Positions 34,143 through 47,782 of a stretch of 64,000 bases of DNA are shown piece by piece (position 1 is the first letter of the stretch; every line of letters begins with the position of its first letter). Below the pieces are notes generated by a model that did not search any database, was not told the origin of the DNA, and saw nothing but the letters and a program-made list of their open reading frames with translations. The translations under genes were made by a program, and so were the position numbers. This DNA comes from the human T2T-CHM13v2.0 reference genome, Homo sapiens: NCBI RefSeq assembly GCF_009914755.1, contig NC_060947.1. The stretch is one strand, 5' to 3'.

Positions 34143-34950
34143 GCTTGCAGGTTTGCTAAATTCCCTACAAGCACTAATGTTCTTTGATTCTATAAAGAAA
34201 GAGTCAGAAATTGAGAAGAGTTATTTTTTTCTTGGAAGACTGATACTTTGCTGGGAAGAAAAGGCACTGAAAACTTAAAGAAGTAGCAAACAACCATCTT
34301 TCACTGGGCTATATAAAAAGATCAGCGGTTGAGCTTTGCCTTCTAGTTGGAGCATGAGGTGAATATAATCTTATGTGCTTTAATTACTTTCCTGTAGCTG
34401 AGATTCCAACTGAAAGAAAACTGATTTAGCTCTAAAGGAGCCTAGAGGCATGGGTACAAGGGCCTCTAGGTTTCAAGTGGAGCTCTGTTCAAGAAAGCTA
34501 AACAGTGACAAGTGATATCCTCATCCAAACTTTTCAGAACAATTAGTCAATGTATCTACATTTATCTAGTTTATGATTTTATGAAAATATTAGATATTTA
34601 TTTTAAGAGGGAGAAACTATACATTTTAGCACACTCTGCTGGTATTAAGTTACCTCTGGAAACCAAAAACCAACTACTTACCTTACTTGTAACCTGGACA
34701 TCTTCTAGCACTAATTATAAAGATGACTTACCTACTTCAGTCGTATGATCACTTGCATGATTCAATTGTAAAAAAGAGAGTTGTCATCAAAGGAGGATTC
34801 TTTTTGTTTTGTTTTGTTTTTTATTTTTTCATTTCAATGGTTTTGGGGGAACAGGTGGTGTTTGGTTGCATGAAAAAGTTCTTTAGTGATGACTTCTGAG
34901 ATTTTGGTGCACCCACCATCCAAGCAGGGTATATGGTACCCAATGTGTAG

Positions 34951-35258
<308 letters not shown>

Positions 35259-35389
35259 CCCAGTGTGTAGTCTTTTCTCCCTCAACCCCTTCCCACCCTT
35301 CCCCCTTAGTCTCCAAAGTTTATTATATCATTCTTATGCCTTTGCATTCTCATAGCTTAGCTCCCACTTATAAGTGAGAACATATGATG

Positions 35390-35485
35390 TATGTTTATAT
35401 ATATATATGTAATATATATATAAAATGTCTATATATATATGTAATATATATATATATATATATAATGTCCATATATATATATAAT
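35390..35485. repeat. (TA)n-rich junction filler
   Basis: Imperfect ATGTYYATATATATAT units at the L1 deletion junction. Confidence 0.9.
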
Positions 35486-37760
35486 GGATTTCTCTCCTTT
35501 CTCAGGAACACCAATTATTCTTAGGTTTGGCTATTTAACATAACCCCAAATTTCTCAGAAGCTTTGTACATGTTTTTATTCTTTTTTCTTGTCTTTGTCT
35601 GATTGGGTTAATCTAAAGGCCTTGTCTTCAAGCTCTCAAGTTCTTTCTTCTACTTGTTTTGTTCTATTGTTGAAACTTTCCAGTGTATTTTGTATTTCTC
35701 TAAGTGTGTCTTTCACTTCCAGAAGTTGTGATTCTTTCTTCTTTATTATATCTATTTCTCTGGAGCATTTTTCATCCATATCCTGTATTTTTTTTAATTT
35801 ATTAAAGTTGGTTTCTGTCTTTCTCTGGTGCCTCTTTGAGTAATTTAATAATCAACTTTCTGAATTCTGTATCTGGCAATCCAGACATTTGTTCTTGGTT
35901 TGGATCCATTGCTGGTGAGCTAGTGTGATTTTTTTTAGGGTGTTAAAGGACCTTGTTTTGTCATATTACCAGAATTACTTTTCTGATTCCTTCTCATTTG
36001 GGTAGACTATTTCAGTGGAAAAATCTGGAACTCAAAAGCTGCTGTTCAGATTATTTTGTCTCATGGGGTGGTCCCTTGATGTGCTGCACTTCCTCTTCCC
36101 CTAGGGATAGGGTCTCCTGTGGCTGTTATTGCTCTTCTGGGTCTAGCCATCCACTGGGGCTACCTGGCTCTGGGCTGGTGCTGGGGTATGTCTGTAAAAG
36201 AGTCCTGTGATGTGACCCATCTTCAGGTCTCCCAGCTGTGGATACAAGCACCTGCTCTGGTGGAGGGGGTAGGGGAGTGAAGTAGACTCTGTGAGAGTCC
36301 TTAGTTTTAGATATGTTCAGTGTGCCAGCTTTCTCAAATTCTGGTTATGTTAGCAGTGATGTTGTCACCTGGACAGACTCAGGACCACTGCAACAATAAT
36401 GTTGTAGGCAGTGGAATTAGCTGTTCTTTTCTCCTCCCTTGGAGCAGGATTTTTCTGTCATGAGTTGCTGTAATGTCCTGAGTCGGTTGGCCTCCAGCCA
36501 GGAGGTAGCACTTTCAAGAGAGCACCGGCTGCGACAGTAGAAGAGGGACATAGGCTTGCCCTAAGTTGGCCAGGATAAGTATTTGGGTTTTTCAAGCAGA
36601 GGGCAAGGTCATAAAGTTCCCAAGAGTTTATATCTTTTGTGATTGGCTACCAGGGCAGTAGAGAAATACCATCAGGTGAGGGCGGGGTTAGGTGGGTCTG
36701 AGCTCATACTCTCCTTGGACAGGGCTTGCCGTGGCCACTGTGGAGGCTGGCGGGTGGTTCTCAGACCAATTGGGTTATGCTCCAGAGGGGATTATGGCTG
36801 CCTCTGTCACCAGGGAAGTGGGGGAAAGCCAATAGCAATAGGCCTCACCCAGCTCCCACACAGTTGGCAAGGCCAGTCTCACTCCCCCTGTGCCTGGCTA
36901 ACAGCGCCAAGTTTATCTCCAGACAGCCTGGCCATGGGACTCAGACCTAGCCCCAGGCTAGAAACTTCCCCACTGAGAAAGCAAGCACAGCTTTCAGGCC
37001 ATACCCCTCCCCATCTGCCCACATTGCGCTCCTTTCTGCTGCAGTTCCCCTTCACCCCTGGATTCTGCTCAAGAGATTTTGCATCCAATCAAAACTATTA
37101 CAATGTTCAGTTGGAAGCTATTTTCACCCTGTGACCCCCTCACAAATTCTGCCAGCTTCCTTCCCTGAGTGCCCCTGTGAGATACAGTCAGGGGTGGTTT
37201 CCTTGGGCTCAAGCTGGAGAATGGGAGTGCCTACAAGGTTCTTCCCATAGCTGCTTCTACTTTTATATTTCACAGTAAATTCATTTCAGCAGTAGGTAAG
37301 TTTAAATCCTTCTCTTGTAATCTGGATTTTCAGGTTCCCCAGTAAAGATGTGTGATGGGAGGCAGGTTTTCCCCACTCTCACACTTTGGGAACTCAAAGT
37401 TTTTTGCTTGTCTCAGGAAATTTGCAGCAGCCTGCAACTTCTTTCAAAAGATTTTTGAATTCTTTCCAGTTTCCTGGTTCATGCCAGTAGTGGTTCCTGG
37501 AGCAAAAGTCCATGATGTGAGTCTCCACACACTGTTCTGTTAATCCAAGTGGGGTCTGCACATCAGCCCTGCCTCCTCTCTGCCATCTTGAACCTCCTCT
37601 TGAAAGGAGGATCCTGTAGGAACCTGGAACAACTGACCTCCCCCAAAAGATTGGCAAAGATGACTACATGTCCAATGGAATTTGAGGATTCCCAGAAAGG
37701 ATTTCCTGTTCCCAATTTGCCCACTGCTAGCCAATTCCAGTATTTGAAATTCCACCGTCA

Positions 37761-40700
37761 AGGATCATGGCAGATGGGAGGCAGGACTAGATTGCATCTC
37801 CAGACAGAGCAGAATGCAGAGGATTGCATTGTGATTTTTAGCTCCAGGTAGACTGCAAGAATAAATCAGCCATCCCAAGAGGACCCACAGAACCTCTGAA
37901 GGAAATGGACTGCTCCTGCAGGACCTGGGAGACCCCCAAATACTGTGAGTGCCCCAACGGTGGAAGTGGGAAAGGGAGACTCTCCTCTCCCAAACACACA
38001 CCCCCACTGGAGAAGGTAAAGGTCTGTTTGCCAGAGAAATTTCAAACTTTACCTGGAGCTGAGTCAAGTTAGAGAGCCGAGTGAAATACAGGGGTAGAGG
38101 AAGCAGCAGAAAAGGCCTAGGAGTTTGCTAGGTCCCCAGGCAGCCCATTCCTTCCTGGAACTACAGACATCCATTGGGAGGGTGGCCAAAGGAGCAGAGG
38201 GTAAAATTCCACAGGCAGAAGGAATTCTCTAGCTGAAATTTGTAACAATTTGAATGGGGCAAGAAGCCTCCTGACCAGAACTCGAGGGAGGGTGCAAATC
38301 CAGATTGCAACTAAAGCCCTTTTCTTTTGCAGCTGGGAGGTGGATAGCCTCGGGCAAGTTTGCAAGGTTGTCTCACCCTCTGCTTGAAAATAGACACTGG
38401 GCTCTTGGTGGGGGACACGGTAAGAGTGAGACCAGCCCTTCAGTTTGCATGGGAGCGGGGTGAGGCCTGTGACTGCCAGCTGTCCCTATCTTCCCTGACA
38501 ACCTGCATGACTTAGCAGAGGCAGCCATAATCCTCCTAGGTACACAATTCCATTGGCCTGGGAATCTCATCCCCACTCCCCATAGCAGCCACAGCAAGAC
38601 CCACCCAAGGAGAGTCTGACCTCAGACATGCCTAGCCCTGCCCCCACCTGATGGTCCTTCTCTATCCACCCTGGTAGCAGAAGACAAAGGGCATATAATC
38701 TTCGGGTTGTAGGGCCCTGACCACCACTGGTCCCTCTCCATGCTACTATAGGTGATGCTTTCTGGAAAGTGCTACCTCCTGACAGGATGCCAACCAGCAC
38801 AAAAATAAAGCATTAAACCACCAAAACTAATGGCCCCTACAAAGTCTATTTCACCCTCCGCCACCACCACCAGAACAGGCACTGGTATCCATGGCTAAGA
38901 GACCCATAGACAGTTCATATCACAGGACTCTGTGAAGACAACCCCCAGTATCAGCCTGGAGCCGGGAAGACTCTCTGGGTAGCTAGACCCAGAAGAGAGA
39001 CAACAATCACTACAGTTCGGCTCACAGGAAGCCACATCCACAGGAAAAAAGGGAAAGTACTACATCAAAGGAACAGCCTGTGGGACAAAAGAATCTGAAC
39101 AACAGCCTTCAGCCCTAGAACTTCCCTCTGACAGAACCTACTCAAATGAGGAAAACACAGAAAATAAACCCTGGTAATATGACTAAACAAGGCTTGTCAA
39201 CAGCTACCAAAAATCACACTAGTTCATCAGCAATGGATACAAACCAGGGAGAAATCCCTGACTTACCTGAAAAAGAATTCAGGAGGTTAGTTATTAAGCT
39301 AATCAGGGAGGGAACAGAGAAAGGCAAAGCCCAATGCAAGTAAATCCAAAAAATGATACAATAAGTGAAGGGAGAAATATTCAAGAAACAGATAGCATAG
39401 GAAAAAAAGATCAAAAATTCAGGAAACTTTGGACATACTTTTAGAAATGCAAAATGCTCTGGAAAGTCTCAACAATAGAATTGAACAAGTAGAAGAAAGA
39501 AATTAGGGGCTCAAAGACAAGGTCTTTGAATTAATCTAACCCAACAAAGACAAAGAAAAAAGAATAAGAAAATAAGACCAAAGCCTCCAAGAACTCTGGG
39601 ATTATGTTAAATGACCAAGTCTAAGAATAATCTGTGTTCCTGAGGAAGAAGACAATTCCAAAAGCTTGGAAAACATATTTGGGGAAATAATTGAAGAAAA
39701 CTTCCCCAGCCTTGCTACAGAGCAACACACACAAACAAGAAGCACAAAGAACACCTGGGAAATTTATCACAAAAATATTTTCACCTAAACACATTGTCAT
39801 CTGGTTGTCCAAAGTTAAGACAAAGAAGAGAATTTTAAGAGCTGTGAGACAGAAGCACCAGGTAACCTATAAAAGAAAACCTGTTAGATTAAAAGCAGAT
39901 GTCTCAGCAGAAACCCTACAAGCTAGAAGGGATTGGGGCCCTATCATCAGCCTCCTCAAACAAAAGAATTATCAACCAAGAATTTTGTATCCAGGGAAAC
40001 TAAGCATCATATATGAAGGAAAGATACTGTCATTTTCAGACAAACAAATGCTGAGAGAATTTGCCATTACCAAGCCACCACAACAAGAACTGCCAAAAGG
40101 AGCTCTAAATCTTGAAACAAATCCTGGAAACACATCAAAACAGAACCTCTTTAAAGCATAAATCATGCAGGACCTATAAAACAAAACTACAAGTTAAAAA
40201 GCAAAAACCATAAAACAAAAACAAAAACAAATTACACAGGCAACAAAGAGAATGATAAAAGCAATGGTACCTCACATTTCCATACTAACATTGAATGTAA
40301 ATGGCCCAAATGCTCTACTTAAATGGATAAATAACTGCAGAATGGATAAAAACTCACCAAACAATTATCTGCTGCCCTCAGGAGACTCACCTAACACATT
40401 AGGACTCACATAAACTTAAAGTAAAGGGGTGGGAAAAGCCATTTCATGCAAATGGACACTAAAAGCGAGCAGGGGTAGCTATTCTTATATCAGACAAAAC
40501 AAACTTTAAAGCAACAGTGGTTAAAAGAGACAAAGAGGGACATTATATAATGGTAAAAGGCCTTGTCCAACAGGAAAATATCACAATCCCAAATATATAT
40601 GCACCTAACACTGGAGCTCCCAAACTTATAAAACAATTACTAGCAGACCTTAGAAATGAGACAGGCAGCAACACAATAATAGTGGAGGACGTCAATACTC

Positions 40701-43026
40701 CACTGACAGCACTAGACAGGTAATGAAGACAGAAAGTCAACAAAGAAACAATGGATTTAAACTACACCTTGGAAAATAATGGCCTTAACAGATATATACA
40801 GAACATTTCATCCAACAACCACAGAATACACATTCTATTCAACAGTGCATGGAACTTTCTCCAAGATAGATCATATGATAAGCCATAAAACAAGCCTCAA
40901 TAAATTTAATAAAATTGAAATTATATCTAGCACTCTCTCAGATCACAGTGGAATAAAACTGGAAATCAACACCAAAAAGAACCTCCAAAATCATGCAAAT
41001 ACATAAAAAGTAAATAACCTGCTCCTGAATGAGCAATAGATCAGAAACAAAATCAAGATGGAAATTTAAAAATTCTTTGAACTGAATGATAATAATGACA
41101 CAACCTATCAAAACTTCTGGGATACAGCTAAGGCAGTGCTAAGAGGAAAGTTTGTAGCCCTAAATGCCTACATCAAAAAATTTGAAAGAACACAAACAGA
41201 CAATCTAAGGTCACACCTCAAGAAACTAGAGAAATTAGAACAAACCAAACCCAAAACCAGCATATGAAAAGAAATAACCAAGATCAGAGCAGAGCTAAAT
41301 GAAATTGAAACAAAAACATTAAAAAGATAAATGAAACAATAAGCTTGTTCTTTAAAAAGATAAATAAAATTCATAGACTTTTAGCAAGATTAACCAAGAA
41401 AAGAAGACAGAAAATCCAAATAACCTAACTAAGCAATAAAACAGGAGATATTACAACTGACACCACTGAAATACAAAAGATCATTCAAGGCTACTATGGA
41501 CACCTTTACGCACATAAATTAGAAAACCTAGAAGACAAGAGAAAGAAATAAAGACCATCCAAATTGATAAAGAAGAAGTCAAACTGCCCCTGTTTGCTGA
41601 AGATATCATTGTTTACCTTGAAAACCCTAAGGACTCCTCCACGAAGCTCCTAGAACTGATAAAAGAATTCAGCAAAGTTTACAGATATAAGATAAATGTA
41701 CACAAATCAGTAGCTTTTCTATACACAAACAGTGACCAAGTGGTGAATCAAATCAAGAACTCAACCCCTTTTACAATAGCTGGAAAAAAAATAAAATGCT
41801 TAGGAATATATCTAACAAAGGATTCAAAAGACCTCTACAAGGAAAACTACAAAACACTGCTGAAAAAAATCATAGACAACACAAACAAATGGAAACACAT
41901 CTCATGCTCATGGATGGGTAGAATCATTATTGTGAAAATGAACACAGTGCCAAAAGCAATCCACAAATTCAACACAATCCCCATCAAAGTACCACCATCA
42001 TTCTTCACAGAGTTAGAAAAAACAATTCTAAAAGTCATATGAAAGCAAAAAAGAGCCCACATAGCCAAAACAAGACTAAGTGAAAAGAACAAATCTGGAG
42101 GCATCACACTACCTGATTTCAAACTATACTGTAAGGCCATAGTCACCAAAACAGCATGGAACTGGTATAAAAATAGGCACATAGATCAATGGAACAGAAT
42201 AGAGAACTCAGAAACAAACCCAAATACTTACAGCCAACTGATCTTCAACAAAGCAAACAAAAACATAAAGTGGGGGAAGGACACTCTATTCAACAAATGG
42301 TGCTGGTATAATTGGCTAGCCACATGTAGGAGAATGAAACTGGATCCTCATCTCTCACCTTATACAAAAATCAACTCAAGATGGATTAAGAACTTTAACA
42401 TAAGACCTGAAACTATAAAAATTCTAGAAGATAACATTGGAAAAACTTCTAGACATTGGCTTAGGCAAGGATTTCATGGTCAAGAACCCAAAAGCAAATG
42501 CAATAAAAACAAATAGCTGGGACCTAATTAAACTAAAGAGCTTTTGCATGGCAAAAGGAACAGTCAGCAGAGTAAACAGGCAACCCACCAAATGGGAGAA
42601 AATCTTCACAATCTATACATCTTACAAAGGACTAACAACTAGAATCTACAACAAATTCAAATCAGTAAGAAAAAAACAATCCCATCAAATAGTGGGCTAA
42701 GAACATGAATAGACAATTCTCAAAAGAAGATATACAAATGGCCAACAAACATATAAAAAAATACTCAGCATCACTAACAATCAGTGAAATGCAAATCAAA
42801 ACCACAATGTGATACCACCTTACTCCTGCAAGAATGGCCATAATCAAAAAAATCAAAAAACAGTAGATGTTGGCGTGGATGCGGTGATCAGGGAACACTT
42901 CTACACTGCTGGTGGGAATGTAGACTGGTACAGCCACTACGGAAAACAGTATATATATATATATATATATATACATACACACACACATATATATATACAC
43001 ACATATATATACACACACACATATAT

Positions 43027-43060
<34 letters not shown>

Positions 43061-43437
43061 GTGATGGAATGCTATGCAGTCATAAAAAGGAATGGATTAA
43101 CAGCATTTTCAGGGACCTAGATGAGACTGGAGACTTATTCTAACTGAAGTAACTCAGGAATGGAAAACCAAACATCGTATGTTCTCACTGATATGTGGGA
43201 GCTAAGCTATGAGGACCCAAAGGCATAAGAATGATACAATGGACTTTGGGGACTTGGGGGTAAGAGTGGGAGGGGGGCAAGAGATAAAATCTACAAATAT
43301 GGGGTAGTGTATACTGCTTGGCTGATACGTGCACCAAAATCTCACAAATCACCACTAAAGAACTTACTCATGTAATCAAATACCACCTGTAATCCAATAA
43401 CTTGTGGAAAAATATAAATAATAATAAATAAATAAAT
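37761..43437 (+). mobile_element. L1PB1-like element with both ends intact and two internal deletions
   Basis: L1PBa-type 5'UTR (ATGGCAGATGGGAGGCAGGACTAGATTGC); ORF1 remnants 39146-40161; L1PB1 3'UTR. TSD AAATTCCA(CC/TT)GTCA at 37747-37760 and 43438-43451. Deletions at ~41535 and ~42950. Confidence 0.92.
42950..43061. repeat. (TA)n(CA)n compound microsatellite within L1PB1
   Basis: Directly visible. Confidence 0.95.
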
Positions 43438-43614
43438 AAATTCCATTGTCACAGCTGTGTTATTTTAGACCTTAACTGCTCTTTGGTCTCCCAAAATTTC
43501 ATGTGAAGATGCAACTCCTTCTAAAAAGAGATACTTCTTAAACTATTAGCCACTTACACGAGGAATTTTTAGACATTCATTGGTAGTCACCTTCAAAAGT
43601 GCTATGATTTTGAT

Positions 43615-43722
43615 TTTCTCTGGACAGTACTAGTGTATACCTATTGTCCTGGCGTGGTTATTAATAGTAGTCCATTTACTCTCAACTTGTCCCAGTTTGG
43701 ATGATGAATTATAAGTTTCCTT
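43615..43722. mobile_element. MER94-like hAT DNA transposon relic
   Basis: GGACAGT...TTGTCCTGGCGTGGTTATTAATAG...TGTCCCAGTTTGGATGATGAATTATA. Confidence 0.65.
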
Positions 43723-44226
43723 TAGCCACAACATTTGCCATCACGTTATACATTTGGGTTTTCCAAGCCCAACACTCCCAAGGCTGATTAGTTCTTTCTA
43801 GGCATTATGCCTACAATTCAGAAGGCTCCCACTAAGTGGACAGTACTGCCTGAATGTGGCTTTATGAGCAAACTTTTAGACAAGCAGCAGTTGATGGATA
43901 ATACTTAGAACACAGATAACACTTGTGGTATAATATTTGTTAAATTGAAAAGTTTCAATACTAGCTAATCATGCATTACTAACAGTTTTATAAGTTTAAA
44001 GGCTACAGTGAAGAATGCATTTTTTTAAAAAAAACTGCATACATATATTAAATGTCAGCACCTATAACACACTACCTCAGTTATTTGTTTACATGAGCGA
44101 CTCTGTCTGCTAGACTTTAGTCCCTCCGTAGCAAGTCACACGTTCAACATAAAAGCAGCAGAGTAACATTTTGAAAAGTCACTCAATAGGCTTTCCCTTC
44201 TCAGTCATTTGTATTGCCAGCCCAGA

Positions 44227-44415
44227 CCAGAGTTTCTCCACCTCGGTATTCTTGACATTGTGAGGGGCTCTCCTGTGCATTGTAGGATCTTGAGCAGCAT
44301 CCCTGGCCCCTAAGCACAAGATGCCAATAGCACCATCCCTGGTTATGACAATAAATATGTCTCCAGATGTAGCCAAATGTTCCTTGGAGGAAAAAAATCA
44401 ACCACTATTGAGTAG
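44227..44415. mobile_element. MER20 hAT-Charlie DNA transposon
   Basis: TTTCTCCACCTCGG...CCTGTGCATTGTAGGAT...AGCAGCATCCCTGGCC...AGATGCCAATAGCACC...ATGTCTCCAGA. Confidence 0.8.
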
Positions 44416-45629
44416 TTAGAACTGAAGGAGGAGACAAGACAGGTGGGCCTTAGAGTGGCCTCACAGGGGTTTGCACACCCTTCTCTTGTAGGATGTAGAG
44501 AAAGCAGAAGAGGGTTCCTAAGCCAACCAGTGAGAGAAGAGGAGATTAATGAGCTAAAGTACAGGGACCTCCTCACTAGAGGAGGGCCTAGCAACATCTA
44601 TGGTCCTCAGAAGCAAGTGAATACACAGTGGCCAAAGACCAGGTAGTCTGACATAATGACAATTATAGTAATTGCTGAAAAAATCACCACATGGATGTGA
44701 AGGCTCAGAACAAAGTTAAGCTCTGTAATGTAAAAAACAAAAAAGAAAGAAAGAAAAGAAAGACAGTTACATTTTTATGCTGCTTTGTGACTATTCCATT
44801 CCTATTGCTCCATATTCTTAGAAATTTCAAGAAAGTGATGAGTGGTTTCCTTAGTATTCATTCACTTAGAATTCAGAACCTCCAAAGTACTTGCCCTGCA
44901 TCTTTTTTGTACAGAGGAATAACTGTTTTCAGCTCCATGTGAGTCTTCTCCGCTTTCACCCTGTTTCAGATGAATAAAGAAACATGTCCACCACATCACA
45001 ATTCTATATGTTTACTTAGGCTGGATGCTCCAGAATGTCTATAGATGATGCCCTGTGATTTTGCTTTCCTGTTGGGATATTTTTTTCTCCACCACTTTCC
45101 TCTCCTGCCTAATTTCCCTGCTCTTTGGAGCACATGGCTGTGTAAAAGTTAATTTGCCTTTCATTGCTCAAAACTGTCTCTTACAAATCCTAGAGATTTA
45201 ATCAGCTTTAGAACCTGATTTCCACTACCAACTTCTTACAGAAGCCATGCCTTTCTTCACCAAAGCTCCAAACCTCTTACAGAAGCTATGCTCTTTCTTT
45301 TTCTTCACTTTCTTTATACAGTGAACTACAAATGCATGCTTCAATATGCACAGAATATTGACAGCCAGATAGGAACTTTGTAATATCCCTTTGGGAGCTT
45401 GGAGTTGAGCTGAACAACCTTTCTACCTGCCAGGCCAAATAAATTTCCACAATGCTGTCTTGTAAGACAGAGGATCTGTGGAGAACGAGTTGTGCTGGAG
45501 TAAGGGAAGGAGAAGAAAAAAACAAGGGGGAGTTTAATTATGGAGAAAACTCAAACACTGCAAATTGATCATTAAGAGGATCATTAAGATAGCATTACTG
45601 ATCTCTTCAGTTATCTGAATTCACTTAAC

Positions 45630-45990
45630 CACATCAACCTCTTTGTCTTTGCTTAAGGTGTACCCCGTGCCTGTAATGACTTCCTTCTCCTTTCTACCTA
45701 ATAAATCCTTAAGGCCCAGCTCAAGCTTTAGTTCTTCTAGGAAGCCTACCTTTCCTCCTTTAGCCTCAAGGATCTCTCCCTTCTCTGAACTTCTACAACA
45801 CTTACTGTTACTTAGCACTTAGCATAGATTGACCTGTAATATATCCTGTACTTCTGTCTTTGTGAGTTATTTAATTTTTCATGGAAGCTCCTTAAGAAAA
45901 ATAATGATGTACAGTGATTTTCCGTATTCTTCATAGCAGGCACACAACAAACAATTTATAATAAGGAATTACTGAATTACTGAACAAGGG
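45630..45990 (+). mobile_element. L2 3' fragment
   Basis: TCCTTAAGGCCCAGCTCAAG...CTTCTAGGAAGCCT...; ends TGAATTACTGAA. Confidence 0.55.
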
Positions 45991-46174
45991 CCTTGGCATA
46001 GGAGCAGAATATCAGGTGGCCATGTTCCCTTAGAAAGGTATGTTTTTGTACCCTTAACAGAGATTTTGTCCACAGTAGGGTCTTATTAAAGTCAGCCTAA
46101 TTTCTAAAAGTTTTCTCTAAGAGAGGCCTGGCTTCGAGCTGCCTTCAGGCTCTGAGACCTTGTCCCTTTATATA

Positions 46175-46410
46175 ATAACAGCAAATACTGATGGAGAATA
46201 TGTGCTAGGCACCATTATAAGTGCTTTATGTCAATTACATCATTTTAATCTTCTAAACCTTATGAGGCTGGTTATATGCTCATTTTACAGAGTGGGAAAC
46301 TAAAGCACAATAAAGTTAAGTAATTTTTTCAAGGCCACACCGTAAGTAGGAGAACTTCAATAAAAACCCATGAAGTCTGACCCCAGGGTGTGCTCTTTTT
46401 GTCACTTTGT
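46175..46410 (-). mobile_element. MIR SINE
   Basis: ATGTGCTAGGCACC...CATTTTACAGAGTGGGAAACTAAAGCAC...AAAGTTAAGTAA...CAAGGCCACAC. Confidence 0.75.
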
Positions 46411-46917
46411 AGCACTTCTGCCCTTAGTTAGAAACACATAGATAATATCTACAAATAATTATAATCAGACTTTAAATGACAGTATGCAAAGGGTATAGAT
46501 TTAAAAAAAAGGTTGGCACAAACAAATAACTTTGTCATAGACACAAAGTCAGTACCATATAGGTGAGTATGCACATGATGCTGCCTGCCACCTCTGGGCA
46601 AACCATTTTAACACTAAGGAAAGTCAGCACTATCACCAGCTTCCAAGGAAGAGGGTTTTCAACAGGAAAATTACTTCAAGGTGGGAAGGAGAAACAGACT
46701 TAAGTGACTAATGAGCTGCAAAAGAAATTAACAGGAAGATGTTTTTAGAGTTCAAAAAAGTGAAATGTCTTTAAGAATATTTCTAATTTCAAAAGAATAT
46801 AAATTTTTGTCCCCTCAGTGTGTTTAATTTCTCTATACTTAGATCCTGTCGACACATGTACAGGCAGGCCAGTTTTAGCTGATGGTCCATAACAGGTAAC
46901 TCAAATTAATATCATTA

Positions 46918-47422
46918 TTGTATTGATTATTTATTGTTGTGTAATAAACCACCTCAAAACTTAGTGGTACAAAATAATCATTTTATAATTCTTACAAATA
47001 TTAGGGATAAAGAATTTGCTCTGGACTCAGCTGAGTGCTTCTTCTGCTGGACTCTCCTGGGTCAACCATATGACTATATTTATCCAATACCTCAGCTGGG
47101 GCTGAGTGATCTAAGATGGCCTCATTCATATGTGTGGCACTTGGTGCTCTCTGTTAGCTGAGCCTCTCTCTTAGGGTGGTTTCTCATCCTCAAGGGGACC
47201 AGCCTGGTCTTTTTTCATATGTGTCCCAAGAATTCCCAGGAGCAAAAGAGGACAACTCCTATGCACAAGGGCTTTTTAAGCTTCTATTTGTATCACATGT
47301 ACTAACATTCCAATGGCCAAAGCAAGTCACTTGGCCAAGTGTCAGTGTGGAAAGGAACCATAAAAAGGCACAGATACTGGGAGGCATGATTCACTAGGGA
47401 CAATTACCTTAACAATCTACCA
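46918..47422 (-). mobile_element. MLT1 (F/G/H-type) MaLR LTR
   Basis: TGTGTAATAAACCACCTCAAAACTTAGTGG...AAGATGGCCTCATTCATATG...TGGCCAAAGCAAGTCAC...CAATCTACCA. Confidence 0.75.
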
Positions 47423-47624
47423 GAGCTGTTATTCAGAATTTAGCCAGTCACATCCAGCGGGCTGGCACAATTGTCTGCTTATTTTTCCATGTTGTTTGGG
47501 TTCTTCATGAAAACTATTCAAATGTCTTCCAAAAACAATGCCTGGAGGAAATTTCAAGAGAGAGAAAGCCCTGAGTCTCTCATCAGGTGTATCCTTGGCC
47601 TGCTTCTGCCACCAAATGCCAACA

Positions 47625-47752
47625 AAAGTGAAAGAAACCCTTAAAAGCATATTGCTAAATGAAAGGAGCCAATTTGAGAAGGCTGCATACTGTATGGTTC
47701 CAACTACGTGACATTCTGGAAAAGGCAAATCTATAGAGACAGATAAAAGATC
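47625..47752 (+). mobile_element. L1MC-type 3' fragment, host of the retrocopy
   Basis: CATATTGCTAAATGAAAGGAGCCAATTTGAGAAGGCTGCATACTGTATGGTTCCAACTAC...GACATTCTGGAAAAGGCAAA...AAAAGATCA, then an abrupt switch to non-L1 sequence. Confidence 0.8.
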
Positions 47753-47782
47753 AAGGACAGAAGAGTCAGTGGTCACTGTGTG

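Noticed and set aside
45429-45498. Minus-strand exon-like segment after a strong polypyrimidine tract
   Set aside because: The donor is weak (GTAGAA), and there is no recognisable peptide or partner exon.
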